IMG/VR virus record: IMGVR_UViG_3300015371_000011
Coordinates: 17,480-81,479 of that record
Strand: one strand, 5' to 3'
Source of the DNA: a virus
Length of the DNA stretch: 64,000 nt
Position numbers and translations under genes: made by a program
Notes under the pieces: generated by a model
Told to the model about the DNA's origin: nothing
Seen by the model: only the letters and a program-made list of their open reading frames with translations
Databases searched by the model: none
Shown here: in pieces, positions 29,563 through 40,500 of the stretch
Layout of the letters: every line of letters starts with the position of its first letter
Position numbering within the stretch: the first letter of the stretch is position 1

Positions 29563-29733
29563 TTAGGCTCCGTCCGTTATGTGCTCCACCGCCAGCGCTA
29601 TAGCTTTCGGTATCTTCTTGGCCCCTGTCTCGTAGCGGGTCATCGTTACGCGGTGGACCCCTAGCCGTTTAGCCAATTCGCCCTGGGTCATTCCTGCCCG
29701 TTCCCGCCTGCGCTTCAATTCTTCCTTTGTCAT
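29563..29733 (-). CDS. Cro/XRE-family HTH regulator (56 aa, below ORF cutoff)
   Basis: hand translation MTKEELKRRRERAGMTQGELAKRLGVHRVTMTRYETGAKKIP. Confidence 0.85.
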   Translation of the reverse strand: MTKEELKRRRERAGMTQGELAKRLGVHRVTMTRYETGAKKIPKAIALAVEHITDGA

Positions 29734-29741
29734 ACGCGCCT

Positions 29742-29770
29742 AATGTAGTAATCGGCTACTACCGTGTCAA
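29742..29770 (-). promoter_or_regulatory. sigma70 promoter with operator palindrome
   Basis: TTGACA-N17-TACATT; inverted repeat GTAGTA-N6-TACTAC; ATG 8 nt after the -10. Confidence 0.7.
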
Positions 29771-30099
29771 GTCCTAACTATTAGCTGATACTCAAACAGC
29801 CCATTTTCACGCTCACCACGAGCGCGGCGCTGCACTTCGTAGCCGCCAAACTTCTCCTTGCGCAAATCGCGTAGCCGCGCCGATATGCTCGCCTGCGGGT
29901 CGCCCGTGGCGGCCTCAATCTCGGCCAGTGTGCGCCAGCGGCCATCGGACATGGCGGTAAACACGCGCAGGCATTGGCCGGTGAGCCGCGCCTTGTCGTG
30001 TGCGCGCTCGTAGGTGGCGCCGTCGAAGTCGGGCTTACGCTGCTCTAGGTGCGCGGCGAAATCGAAATAGAGGTCTTGCTCTGGTCTATTCATTGCCAT
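29767..30099 (-). CDS. winged-HTH DNA-binding protein
   Basis: WRTLAEI...ASISARLRDLRKEKFGG. Confidence 0.7.
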   Translation of the reverse strand: MAMNRPEQDLYFDFAAHLEQRKPDFDGATYERAHDKARLTGQCLRVFTAMSDGRWRTLAEIEAATGDPQASISARLRDLRKEKFGGYEVQRRARGERENGLFEYQLIVRT

Positions 30100-30782
30100 A
30101 TTCCAGCCCTTTCAAGCTGTTTTTTATACTTGGCCATTGGTTTTTCCATAATCCACAGAAACGAATGATTCTTGCGGGCATGAAACTGTGTTTTCCACCG
30201 CTTGTGGCTTGTCTGCGATGACGGCACGAGAATGAATAAATCCCGCGCAAATAAACCCTGAGACAATGCCGCATCGTAAATCTCGATATGTGACCACCGC
30301 TGCACACCGCTCTCCACTTCGTCTTTGCATTTGATCCACAACTGCCCGCCCTCTGGCTTTAGCACTCGGCCTGCCTCTTTCATTCCTAGTTTGTACAACT
30401 CAATAATGTCTCGGTGATACATGCCCTTAATGGTGCGCGATAGACGGTAACGATTGTCGGTGACATGCTCGCCAGGATTGTGCGTATATGGTGGATCAAA
30501 TACGACAATATCCATGCACTCGTCTTTGTAAGGCAATGCGCAAAAGTCGGCTTTAACCATCATACCGTGCTTGGGAGAAAAGAAATCGGCATTTTTATCA
30601 GGCGGTATCGTATGCAGGTCGGTCATAAATAAGTTGATATGACTACAGTTAATCTTTCGCCAGAAAACACCCAAGCCATAAGTCATATCCAGCACGTTGC
30701 TGTCTTTCGGTAGGTATAATCTTGCGACGGCTGCCAAAAGGTCGGCATTATTGCCAGCATGAGTTGTAACAACAGCCGTCAT
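30090..30782 (-). CDS. DNA amino-methyltransferase
   Basis: LDMTYGLGVFW, VVFDPPY, EAGRVLKP, HARKNHS. Confidence 0.8.
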   Translation of the reverse strand: MTAVVTTHAGNNADLLAAVARLYLPKDSNVLDMTYGLGVFWRKINCSHINLFMTDLHTIPPDKNADFFSPKHGMMVKADFCALPYKDECMDIVVFDPPYTHNPGEHVTDNRYRLSRTIKGMYHRDIIELYKLGMKEAGRVLKPEGGQLWIKCKDEVESGVQRWSHIEIYDAALSQGLFARDLFILVPSSQTSHKRWKTQFHARKNHSFLWIMEKPMAKYKKQLERAGIWQ

Positions 30783-31288
30783 TGCATCGCTGCTAGCGAG
30801 TACGGCATATGACGTGCCGTTCCTTTTAGGTATTTGACTAATCCATTTGCTAAAACATTCATGGTGTCAGGTACTGAGGGTGAGGCAAAAAAATCAAAGG
30901 CCGATTGCTTGTGGATCAATGCCAAAAATCTATTGATAGTTGCCGCACTGGCGTCATCTTTTTCTTGTCTCGTAAACTCAATCCATAGGCACGATGGAAA
31001 CCATTGTTTAAAAATTCTCGCATCACGATCATCTACTTTCCAGCGTTCCCGTAATGACCGTTTGCTGCCTCCACAAACAACCATCAATCCATCATTTCTG
31101 CGAATAACGTGGTCCGGCTTTATAGACACGGTGCCACTGCAAAACTTTTGCGCATTTTCAATATGAAACATATTGTCTAATGAATGGCGTTCTAAACAAG
31201 TCACTAACCATAAATGCATATCTTTTTGAAATCTGGTGCCACCTTTACTTTTATCACTTTGTCCCTCTCTGTTAGTTCTAGGCGGCAT
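30779..31288 (-). CDS. putative type II restriction endonuclease-like protein
   Basis: KPDH...SKRSLRERWK resembles the PD...KxxxRERW motif of EcoRII/CCGG-family enzymes; flanked by two MTases. Confidence 0.55.
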   Translation of the reverse strand: MPPRTNREGQSDKSKGGTRFQKDMHLWLVTCLERHSLDNMFHIENAQKFCSGTVSIKPDHVIRRNDGLMVVCGGSKRSLRERWKVDDRDARIFKQWFPSCLWIEFTRQEKDDASAATINRFLALIHKQSAFDFFASPSVPDTMNVLANGLVKYLKGTARHMPYSLAAMQ

Positions 31289-32036
31289 CTTGCTCTAATC
31301 CTTTTTCTAATCCCATACGCCAGTATTTTTTCTGAATCTCTGCTCCAACAAATTGTCGGTCTAGTTCTCGCGCTGCTATGCCCGCTGTTCCACTACCAGC
31401 ATAAGGGTCACATACTAATTCGCCCGGTTTGGACCATGCCAAAATAACTCCTTTAGCCAGCTCAATCGGGAATGGGCAAGCATGGCCATTGCCTCTATGC
31501 CGAGTAATGGCCCAAACATCTGAGCGATAAGGCAATGCCTTTGTATTCTGAAAGCGATATTTGCCATCGGTACGGCGAAACACATAAAGGCGCTCGGTAT
31601 GTGGCCAGATAACCCTGTCGCCGTGGTTATGAGTTGACTTGCGGTCCCAGATAATTTCTTCCATTAGGGTCAAGCGGCTTCGCACTTCGGGCCGTAAAAA
31701 CCATTCTGCCGGATGAATCATCGCTCCATTACGACGGCGTGGTTTATGGTTGTAAACAACCGTGCCGTTTACAGTCAAATGATCGGCGGCCCAAACCAGA
31801 AATTTTGCCTGCTGGTCCTGATATTCGGTTTCGGGCAAGCTGTCTGGATAGTCACGGATGGCACCATAGGATTTAGGGTCGTATGTACCTAGCCGACGAT
31901 TACGAAGGCCAGTCTTTGCGGGTGATTCGCTACCAATATTGTATGGCGGTGATGTGAAAATTAAATCCGCCTTTACCGAATTCAACACATCGGCATAATT
32001 ACCGTGATGTATAATTATTTTTCTGTTCTCGTTCAT
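31278..32036 (-). CDS. N4/N6 DNA methyltransferase (beta class)
   Basis: FTSPPYN, HACPFPIEL, DPYAGSGT. Confidence 0.9.
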   Translation of the reverse strand: MNENRKIIIHHGNYADVLNSVKADLIFTSPPYNIGSESPAKTGLRNRRLGTYDPKSYGAIRDYPDSLPETEYQDQQAKFLVWAADHLTVNGTVVYNHKPRRRNGAMIHPAEWFLRPEVRSRLTLMEEIIWDRKSTHNHGDRVIWPHTERLYVFRRTDGKYRFQNTKALPYRSDVWAITRHRGNGHACPFPIELAKGVILAWSKPGELVCDPYAGSGTAGIAARELDRQFVGAEIQKKYWRMGLEKGLEQDAA

Positions 32037-32184
32037 TTCGCCCCTCTAATCCCCCACACAGCCCGCTCCAGCTCCAGCTTGAGCGACGCGTTATCAAGCA
32101 TGCTCAAGTCCTTTGTCACGCCGTAAATGCGTAGCAGGCGCACAATCATCTCGCGCATTGCCTGCTGGTGCGCGTAATCAATCT

Positions 32185-32899
32185 TCATGGCTCCACGTCG
32201 TTACTAAGCCTGACAATCTCAGCCTTGAGCCTGTTTATTTCCAATGCCGCCTGTAGTGCCAGTTCGTCTCTCTCGGCCTGACAGAGTTCGCTGTGACGCG
32301 CCTGGGCCTCCCGCAGCGCGGCGGCAATACGCTCGGTTAAAGCATGATGGTAACTGCTACCGATCAGGCTCAATGGCAAACAAAGCGCCACAATCTCCTC
32401 GGCTTGATTCTCCGCATCGTCATCGCTCATTTCTTCCCCTCGGCTTGGGCGACTATGGCCTCTACACGCTTTTGAAAATGTTTAGCAACGCAATCATCCT
32501 CAGTGCAATCCCTATGGTCCGGTAAAAAAAACAACGCTTCTCGAAGCACCGTGGTGAGTTCCCGCAGCGCGGCGGCAATGGCGTTGACGCTCGCCTCATA
32601 GTCGGCCTTACACTCAGGCCTCCAATCGGGCATCGAGCAGTAACGGCAATGATCGGCCAACTCACGCGCCTTTTTTTCCGCATCATCGCTCATAATCCCG
32701 CCTTGGCCGGCGTATCGGCCAGCTCCGCGTCCACGGCGGCATCCACTTCGTCAATAATGCGCATGGCATGGGCAATAGCAGCTGCATCGCTCCAAACTGG
32801 GGTGCCACCTATAAGTGCTGCCGCCAGCTGCGCTACTTTGGTCTTGTACGCCGCGATGTCAGGTGAGTCGGTTTTGAGTTTTTTCATGTCATTAACCAC
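32185..32899 (-). CDS. three small hypothetical proteins (32185-32430, 32427-32693, 32690-32899); first two look paralogous
   Basis: MSDD..AE starts and a shared IAAALRE (TCCCGCAGCGCGGCGGCAAT repeated). Confidence 0.55.
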
Positions 32900-32951
32900 A
32901 ATACCGTCATAAAAAAACCCACGCCGAGCGCAAAACTGAGCACTATATTTC

Positions 32952-33647
32952 TCACGGCACCCTCCCGTCGTGCATCAGCTCGCCGCTAGGTAGCCAATGG
33001 CCCGTGTCGTCGCTGAAATACCAACCATCCACAAATTTTCTCTCCGTCAATTCTGGGTCGTTATAATAACCCTCGGCCATATAAGGCGACTTGACAACGA
33101 TCTGTTTAGCTACGAGCGATACCTCAACACCCGCAACCGGCTGACCCACCGGCAAGCGACCCTCTCCTATCGGCTGATCGCCTGTCACGATCTTGCGGCA
33201 AATTATATTCGCTTCACTGCACGCATAGCGATTAACGAACACCGCATTGGGGCACACACGCCGGCCTAGCTCCACGTCGCCCCAGTCAACCATCTCACCG
33301 CCCACTTCCAAGACCTCGACGCTAGGGTATTGGTAAATGCCCTGCGCCACCCACCTAAACGTCGTAGCCAATAGACTCAAATGCGTGATCTGCTCCTGAT
33401 TGATCCATGTGCGGAGACTTATTGTCTCGTGCCCCGGATAGATCGCCAGACGCGCACCCGACGCACGTGCCCAATACAGTTTTCTAAACCCGCCCATGCT
33501 CCAGCGATCGATGTTGATGATTGATTTGTGGTTGATATTGAGGTCGGCGGCGTCCACCTTGCCCATTTCGATGAACGCCGCCTCACTGCATAGGACACGC
33601 TTCGGTTTCCCGGTCGTGCCCGAAGTCTCGAAGATAAAGTCAATCAT
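32952..33647 (-). CDS. minimal AMP-binding (ANL adenylate-forming) enzyme
   Basis: TSGTTGKPK, VGGE, NRYACSE, GYY..PELT, DTG...HDGR. Confidence 0.75.
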   Translation of the reverse strand: MIDFIFETSGTTGKPKRVLCSEAAFIEMGKVDAADLNINHKSIINIDRWSMGGFRKLYWARASGARLAIYPGHETISLRTWINQEQITHLSLLATTFRWVAQGIYQYPSVEVLEVGGEMVDWGDVELGRRVCPNAVFVNRYACSEANIICRKIVTGDQPIGEGRLPVGQPVAGVEVSLVAKQIVVKSPYMAEGYYNDPELTERKFVDGWYFSDDTGHWLPSGELMHDGRVP

Positions 33648-33979
33648 CTCATTAACGGATCGTCGGTGCCGGCCACGCCCACCTTGAATTTATCGTAAGC
33701 GGGATTCTGCAATATCCGCTTATCCACAGCATCATTGACGGCCACCTTTGCCTTAGCCGCGTCCTCCGACGTACCGCTGGCAAGCGCCCTAGCCGCAATG
33801 CCACGGATCTCGCTCCATGTTAGCGCGAACGCCTCCTGCTCCTGCGCCGTGCCCTCAAGCCGCAGATTGTGGCTAATCATAGTTGCCTGTGCGAGCTTGA
33901 CGGCCTGCAAGATCGCAAACAGATAATCGTTGGCCGCAGCAATCTCCTGACTCGGCGGTGGACTCGCTATATAACCCAT
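33644..33979 (-). CDS. hypothetical protein
   Basis: 111 aa, GGAGGT SD upstream. Confidence 0.6.
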   Translation of the reverse strand: MGYIASPPPSQEIAAANDYLFAILQAVKLAQATMISHNLRLEGTAQEQEAFALTWSEIRGIAARALASGTSEDAAKAKVAVNDAVDKRILQNPAYDKFKVGVAGTDDPLMR

Positions 33980-34045
33980 CGGATACCTCCTTGTTAATGG
34001 TTGATAATTTGGCGGGTCGGGTGTTGACGCACTCGGCCCGTCGGC

Positions 34046-34795
34046 TTATTTAGCTAGCTTCAATTCCTTTAACCGCTTGTATGCCTCAAACGCACCGAGA
34101 AACCCACTAAAATCCTTATCCAAGTCGCCAAACTCTTGCGGCTCAAATACTCCGTCATCCTTACCAAGCCGCACAATCCAACGCGTATATTGCAAACCGC
34201 TTTCTTCGCGCCTAGCCGCTTCGTATGCGGCCGTCTGAAACCGCATCTCAGGATATATAGCGTTACCTGTCTTGAAGTCGATAATAGCCAGTTTGCCGTC
34301 AACCAAACCCTCGGCGTCCAGCGTGCCTGCGTACCGATACCGCCTTGAATAAATCTTGCGCTCCGATTCGGTAAACTTGACGTCATGCTCTTTAACCCAA
34401 TTCAGAAAGGCGTCGGTGCCATTACGCATCTTTTTATTCACAGGCGGCGGCGGATTCTTGCCCTTGATATGATCTTCACACCAAGCATGGATAAGTGTAC
34501 CAATGTCAGCTGCTGCGTCTCGTTTAATGTTGTGTGCGCGTTTAGCCTGTGCGAGCAAATCTTTAAGCTGGATTTCATCAAGAGCTACACCAGGCTTTAA
34601 CTGCTCAGTCATAAACGCCACGCACATATTAACGCCCCATTGCAGAAGCGCGGGCTTATTGAGTACGCCGAGTATGCCCGTGCAGCCGTCCACCTGCCCT
34701 AGCGATTCACGCCGACTGTCATAGACGAAATACTGGTGCTTTGTCGGGTTAAACTGTAATTCAATCTCGCCGTTATAAAGCAGATAGGTTTCCAT
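34046..34795 (-). CDS. PD-(D/E)XK exonuclease (Cas4/RecB-like phage recombination nuclease)
   Basis: GTLIH, YAGTLD...IIDFKT...QTAAY. Confidence 0.85.
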   Translation of the reverse strand: METYLLYNGEIELQFNPTKHQYFVYDSRRESLGQVDGCTGILGVLNKPALLQWGVNMCVAFMTEQLKPGVALDEIQLKDLLAQAKRAHNIKRDAAADIGTLIHAWCEDHIKGKNPPPPVNKKMRNGTDAFLNWVKEHDVKFTESERKIYSRRYRYAGTLDAEGLVDGKLAIIDFKTGNAIYPEMRFQTAAYEAARREESGLQYTRWIVRLGKDDGVFEPQEFGDLDKDFSGFLGAFEAYKRLKELKLAK

Positions 34796-35232
34796 CAGAA
34801 TGGGATTTTTAAATCTTCAATTAGAATCTTGGAGTCCTTACCAAATACCGCAATCATCGCGGTATTAACCAAGGCCGCCCGTGCACGGCTACGGTCAATG
34901 GCAACAATATTATGCTCCACGTCTGCAACCGTATCAGGCTCCAACTCCTCAGCCACCTTGTGAGCCATCTTCATATAACTCTCATAAATCGACCAGTTGA
35001 TAATCAGCTTTGGATCTTCGTCTAATCCATTGCCTTTATTGTCTGGCTGAGTCTCTAGCAATCGTGCATCGTACCAGCCTTGATACTTGGATGGCTTAAT
35101 CTCCACTTTTTTATTTGCATACTCAGGATGGTGCTCAAAAATGTTATGCCAGACGCCATTGGCGTATAAGCCAGTTTTAGGTTTCCCGTTTTTGGTTTCC
35201 CCGACATTGACTCTCTCGACAAAGATTTCCAT
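34795..35232 (-). CDS. hypothetical protein (possible ssDNA-binding/recombination protein)
   Basis: next to exonuclease, ends KIPF like SSB tails. Confidence 0.45.
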   Translation of the reverse strand: MEIFVERVNVGETKNGKPKTGLYANGVWHNIFEHHPEYANKKVEIKPSKYQGWYDARLLETQPDNKGNGLDEDPKLIINWSIYESYMKMAHKVAEELEPDTVADVEHNIVAIDRSRARAALVNTAMIAVFGKDSKILIEDLKIPF

Positions 35233-35241
35233 TTTTCCCCC

Positions 35242-35589
35242 TTAGTCCAATAATCGCTTAACACGGTCAATCGCACGCTCAAGCCATTTGCGATAAAAAG
35301 ATTCGAAGTCCTCTGGCTCGCCCTGTTGCTTCCACCAGACATAGAGCGTTGCGCGCAGTCGCTGCGATGGTGTTTTCTGCTCGTCGGTAGGCGCATCTTC
35401 TTCTGGTACGTCGCTTTGCTTGAATTGGTTTTCAGAAAATAAAATCCATCCAAATTTCTGATGAAAACCCATTGCGGTGACTTTCTCCTCGGTCGTTAAT
35501 TCATTGGTGTGAAAGTTGAGCCGCAATCCACCGTCGGCGGTACTGCCCACGCTAGTCAATGTAGCTGGCGCTTGAAAAACTTTTGTCAT
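35242..35589 (-). CDS. hypothetical phage protein
   Basis: KTPSQRLRATLY motif. Confidence 0.6.
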   Translation of the reverse strand: MTKVFQAPATLTSVGSTADGGLRLNFHTNELTTEEKVTAMGFHQKFGWILFSENQFKQSDVPEEDAPTDEQKTPSQRLRATLYVWWKQQGEPEDFESFYRKWLERAIDRVKRLLD

Positions 35590-36976
35590 TACCTACCGCA
35601 ATCGCTACAACGCTCTAAATCACCGATACGCTCAAACCTGTCGCTCCCGCATTCAGGACACAATTGCCCCGCACAATACACGCAGTCATCCCCACAATCG
35701 CCGTCCTTGTGCCGCTGTATCTCGGCGTCAAGGCGCTTCTCGTTTTCATCGGCAAACTGAGACCAATAATCGTCTCTACTCATAATTGTCCCCTTCAAAA
35801 CAACTGTGTGTGACAAAACGGGCATTTTTTATGACGTATGCTGACACTCTCATTGAACGCCGTGTGACACTTGACGCATGACAATTTCAGCCATCCTTCA
35901 ACTTTGTCATATTGTCCTAAATTTGGTGGTTCTATGCGCTCACGTTTTTCTGCGTCTTTAATTCTTCTGTAGTCATCTTTTATATAAAGGTATCTGGGCA
36001 TGACTTTTTTATTGCAGCACCAAGGTTGTCGGCCCCAAAAACACATCGGCCACAACACTACCAAAGTTAGGCGAGCGGCGATCAATCTCCTCGATAAAAT
36101 GCGCCGCGCCTTTGGGATACTTTTCGCGGCACTCGTAGCAGTAGCAGGCTATCTTCCAGCATGTGAGCAAGTCGCGCTCCTCGTGGCCGTTACCGATGCC
36201 ATGCTCGTCACTGTAGCGGGCATTGGTTAACTTGACGTAGAATTCTAAAAGGCTGATTGATTTCATTTGCCTTCACCTCTTAGCCAATCTTCGATGGCGT
36301 CCTGAATCACCTGCGCCAACTCGTCAATCGCGGTTTCGGGTATCGGGTCGTAATGGTCGTCCAGAAACTCTATCGCTAAGTCGCGGCATTTGCGGTCGTA
36401 GCTCATTTCGCCCTCCGTATCTCCAATAGGATTTTGGATTTGCGTGGCCACTCGGCCCACAGTTTTTTCATCGGGAATAGCCAGGAGAGTATGCGCTGGA
36501 TGATTTTCATCACTTCACTTCCATCCTGACGTAACCCTTGCTCTCCATGCATTGGTGCTCAATCATGTCCGACGCTATCGACGCACTGATGCTGCCGACG
36601 TTGCGGCTAGCCTGCTGAAAGTGATTATCGGCGTCACGCTTACACTCGTAAATATCTTTGGCATAAGTGCCTTGAGCGCCCTGTGTCTTGACGTATTGGT
36701 ACGTAGAGCATCCTGAAAGCAGGATGGCGAGAATTATGGCGTGTGTGGTTTTCATTGGACCCTCTGAATAAAATCCCATGCCCAATGCGTCGGGATAGGA
36801 TTGATTTGATATTGAATCACGTCACCGTTAAACCAGATTCGCGCATGCACTGAACGGCCTTCTCTCCATACTTCGCGATGCATATAGCCTTCACCGATAA
36901 TCCAAGTTCCATACTCACCCTTGGCGGCAAGCAGGGTATAAGGCCGCTTTTGATGAAATGCTGTTTGTGGTTTCAT
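35589..36976 (-). CDS. run of small early hypothetical genes including a predicted lipoprotein (36510-36785)
   Basis: tightly coupled 65-96 aa ORFs; lipobox LLSGC. Confidence 0.5.
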
Positions 36977-37299
36977 AACCGTGCCTCCTTTGGCTTGCGC
37001 TTGGCCTCGGCCAAGGCGTCTAGAGTTTTATAGGCCGGTCCTCGCAATGTGTTGCACCGTATACAAACCGGCTCGACTTTTAATGGCTCAAAATAATCTC
37101 GATGGTCGTAGCTTTCCGCTTCTTCTCCGCAGTCAACACATTTCGGAATCTCGTGTTTTTCCAGACATGCGTTAGCATTCCGACCAAGGCGAAATAATAT
37201 GCCCTGTGAAAAGGCACGCATTAATTGTCTCGCCGCTAACCTCTGCATGGTTCTATATTCGTCTACTACAGCGCTGTCGTATTGAATCAATAACTTCAT
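36973..37299 (-). CDS. HNH-like protein
   Basis: CVDC...YDHRDY..PL.V..VC..CN. Confidence 0.7.
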   Translation of the reverse strand: MKLLIQYDSAVVDEYRTMQRLAARQLMRAFSQGILFRLGRNANACLEKHEIPKCVDCGEEAESYDHRDYFEPLKVEPVCIRCNTLRGPAYKTLDALAEAKRKPKEARL

Positions 37300-37475
37300 G
37301 ACCGCGCCTCGTGTTGCGGCGGTTTCTTTGGCATCTGCGCTAGTGCGCGCCTAATAAGAAAAAGCGCTTGTTTGCCAATGGAACGATTTTCATCGGCTGC
37401 CTGTCTTTCCACTTCCTGTTTGATGGACAACGGTAGCCGAATAAGGATGGTGGACGTTTTTGATTTCGATTGCAT
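37296..37475 (-). CDS. Arc-like ribbon-helix-helix regulator
   Basis: ILIRLP..IKQEVERQAADENRS. Confidence 0.75.
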   Translation of the reverse strand: MQSKSKTSTILIRLPLSIKQEVERQAADENRSIGKQALFLIRRALAQMPKKPPQHEARS

Positions 37476-37481
37476 GACATA

Positions 37482-37510
37482 CTTATACACACGGTATCAA
37501 AGTGTGTCAA
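37482..37510 (-). promoter_or_regulatory. sigma70 early promoter with palindrome
   Basis: TTGACA-N17-TATAAG, ACACAC/GTGTGT inverted repeat, ATG 6 nt after the -10. Confidence 0.75.
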
Positions 37511-37558
37511 CGCTATTTATCGGGCAAACGTGATTTATTATATGGCGAAAATGCCCGA

Positions 37559-40500
37559 CTAGCGGGAATAGATGGTGGCGTTGTAGTGAAGGTTGACGAG
37601 GTTGACGCTGGTAACGGTATTGCCGAATTCGGTAAAATATATGGTCATCGGCGCATAGGTCGTCACTAGGGTCTTGGCAAGCGTATAGCTCTTTTTCTGT
37701 GCGTTTCCTACGGATATGGAATCCATAAAAAGGCGGTTGGTGTAGTCCGTTAGATAATCTCCCCACAGTAGGCCAAATCCCGCTGGAGAGTTTATGACGC
37801 TCAGGCTATTGGCAATAAATACAGGTTCCAGTGCGAGCTGTGGGCCACCGTTACGGGCAAAATCCATAGTGGCTTGCAGAAATACGGTTGCGCCTGATTT
37901 GTTAATTGTGATTGCCGCATAACTGTGCGGGTATAATCCAGGCGATACAAACGATGGCTCTAATAGCTGCATTGAATCCGCATGCTCGTAAAACAGATAA
38001 TCAACGGTCTGCCCTGTTGATACGAATGTACCGCTGAAACTGATCGTGACTTCCCAATCGCCCAAATAATTACGCACGCCGCGCGTGTTAAAGGGCACGA
38101 CTTTGTACTGCATGTCGGCCTGTAGCGAGTCGATCATTACCGTTTCTTCGTAGTGCGTGCCTAAGATAGGCGCGACAAAGCTATAATCCGCCGACGCCTC
38201 AATAGTGCGTCGATACAGATCAAACCCATCAAAGAAGCCGCCGCGGTGTAGCAGCGTATAACGGTCGCCTGAGTTTGGTGGATACGGTGGAAAGCCCACA
38301 ATGGCAGACTGAAATCCAGGCGCGTAAAAGGCTTGGTGATCCGAGCCTGTCCAATAATTAATGGTACGGACTGCGCCTTCATTGCCCTTTGCACCTGGCC
38401 CAGGGCCGGCCGAGCCGGTATTCATGCGAAACATATCGCCGTTGAGCGAATAACGCACAGGGCAATGCGAACCGCTGAGCACTACGTAGGATGACGCCAC
38501 GGTGCCGAGCTGCCCGCCTTCTTCTAGCGGTGCCGGCACGACGTCTACATTGAGCAGCGCCGCCACGGTGCCATCCGCCGCTATATTATAAGTAATGCCG
38601 CCCTTGACACTTAACGGCTGCGCTGGCGGTGCGTTCATATCCCAGAATGTAATCGTGCTCACCAGCGTCGGCGTGATCGGCACAGTGGGCACGTACTCCT
38701 GCACGACTAATGAATGCTTAGCCGTTTGCGGGTCGAAATTGATTCGCTTGACGAAACACGTTCTGAGGTCTTCTGACGTGATACCGATGGCCCAGCGGTC
38801 GCCGTTTTGCGGTTGAATATTGAATGGATTGCTAGGGCTAACGGTAATCGTGATAATGCTCGGCGCGCCCGCTGGAGGTGTCGTCGCCACGGTGCGTACT
38901 TCGGGCGAGTCGCTTTGGGTGTGCCATAAATAAAACTCATAAGTGTAGCCGCTATTAACCGTTACCTCGCGGTCGAGCACGACATTGAATAGATCGCCCT
39001 CAAGCACGCGCCCACCATAACCCATCTCAAAGCCAGTAGTGACGATACCCACTTTGCACATATCGCCAGGCTCAACGGCTAGCGCCTCGATGCCCGTGGC
39101 GAATTGCATCTCGCGTACACTTTGACGGCGCCGTTGCAATTGATAATAGCCCTCGCGTACGGCCTCGGACTCGCGCGTGACGCCGATCAAACTTAAGTCC
39201 ACATCCTTGATCGGCTCGTTGCGGCCATAGATGCTGGCCGAGTCCTGCACGAAAATCGTGTCCATGTTGAAATCGGCCATGCGGTTGGGGAATGACAGAT
39301 TGACTTGATTCGGCGGTGTGGGATCGGTGGCGCCTATCGTCAATTGAAACGTGCCGGGTAGAATATTGCCCGCATGAAAAATCTGTCGCACGGGCAAGTC
39401 GCCGCGGTCGGTTATGATCTTAAATTTACCTTGACTATAAATAAGCGCTGATCGGTAAAGCCCCAGCATGTCGTTTACCCACTGGATATGCGGCTTCTTC
39501 TTGTCCATCACAATGTCTAAACAGTGCTGCGGCTCCAAACCGCCTGCGCCGTTGGAGACTTGCGAATCGCATAGCGTGGCAAAATCAATAAAGGACTGAA
39601 TATTTATGGCCGACGTCGGGATAAACGGCCCCATGCCGTAGACCGAATTCGTCATGTAATCCAGAATGCCCCAGGCTGGATTTCTCGTCCATGTGGTCAC
39701 ATAGGTTGTCGTATTGTAGTACGCGCGCACGTTACGCCCGCGCAGGACGGCGCTAATCGTAGGTGGTCCGCCCTGAAGTTGATTGGTTGCGATAGCCTTG
39801 ACGGACAGAAGCGCCGTGCCTGAATACGTCTCCACCTGCGCATCTGACATTTCGGTAACATTGCGCAGCCAGATATGAGCAAAATCGGCATCGCCTTTGG
39901 CTAGGTCGCTGCGCTCATGCTGAGCTTCGCCTATCCACGTAAGACGAAAATCCCATGCGGCACGACTGGGAAGATTGTAAACTGGCGCATCCCATATCTC
40001 GCCCTTGTCCGCACCTGAAAATGCACGGTCTTCAGCCGTCGTATAGGTGCCAGCCCCCTGCGGACTATACTCAACGCGATAATAGACAGTCTGCGTCTGC
40101 ATGCGCGGATTAGTGCCACCACGAAAAATCCCCAATCCTTGCAGCGCTGCCACCTGCAACTGCACTCGACTAACCTGATTGCCCTGTGTCGGATAGGTAA
40201 TGGCCAGACTTGAAATCTCACGGCCATCGGCAAATGTGTTGCGCGATAATTCAAAGCCAGGTATGGCCGATTGACTCGAAGCGCCTGTGCGCCAGTCCCA
40301 TGAGATGTTGAGCGGGTCGTTCGTGCATAACTCGGAATGCCATATCGCTCCCTCATATTGCCCATATGAAAGATAATGGTCGTAGGCACCCGCAGGCGAA
40401 GAGCCGTACCACGGGTCAGCCGCTACGTCGGGACGGTCGATCCAATATCTATCGGCCGCTGCCTGGCAGATAGCGGACTGCGGTAGTGGATTATTGAAAT

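Noticed and set aside
34011-34042. G-U-rich hairpin as an ncRNA
   Set aside because: A single short stem in a small intergenic gap; more likely a terminator or processing site
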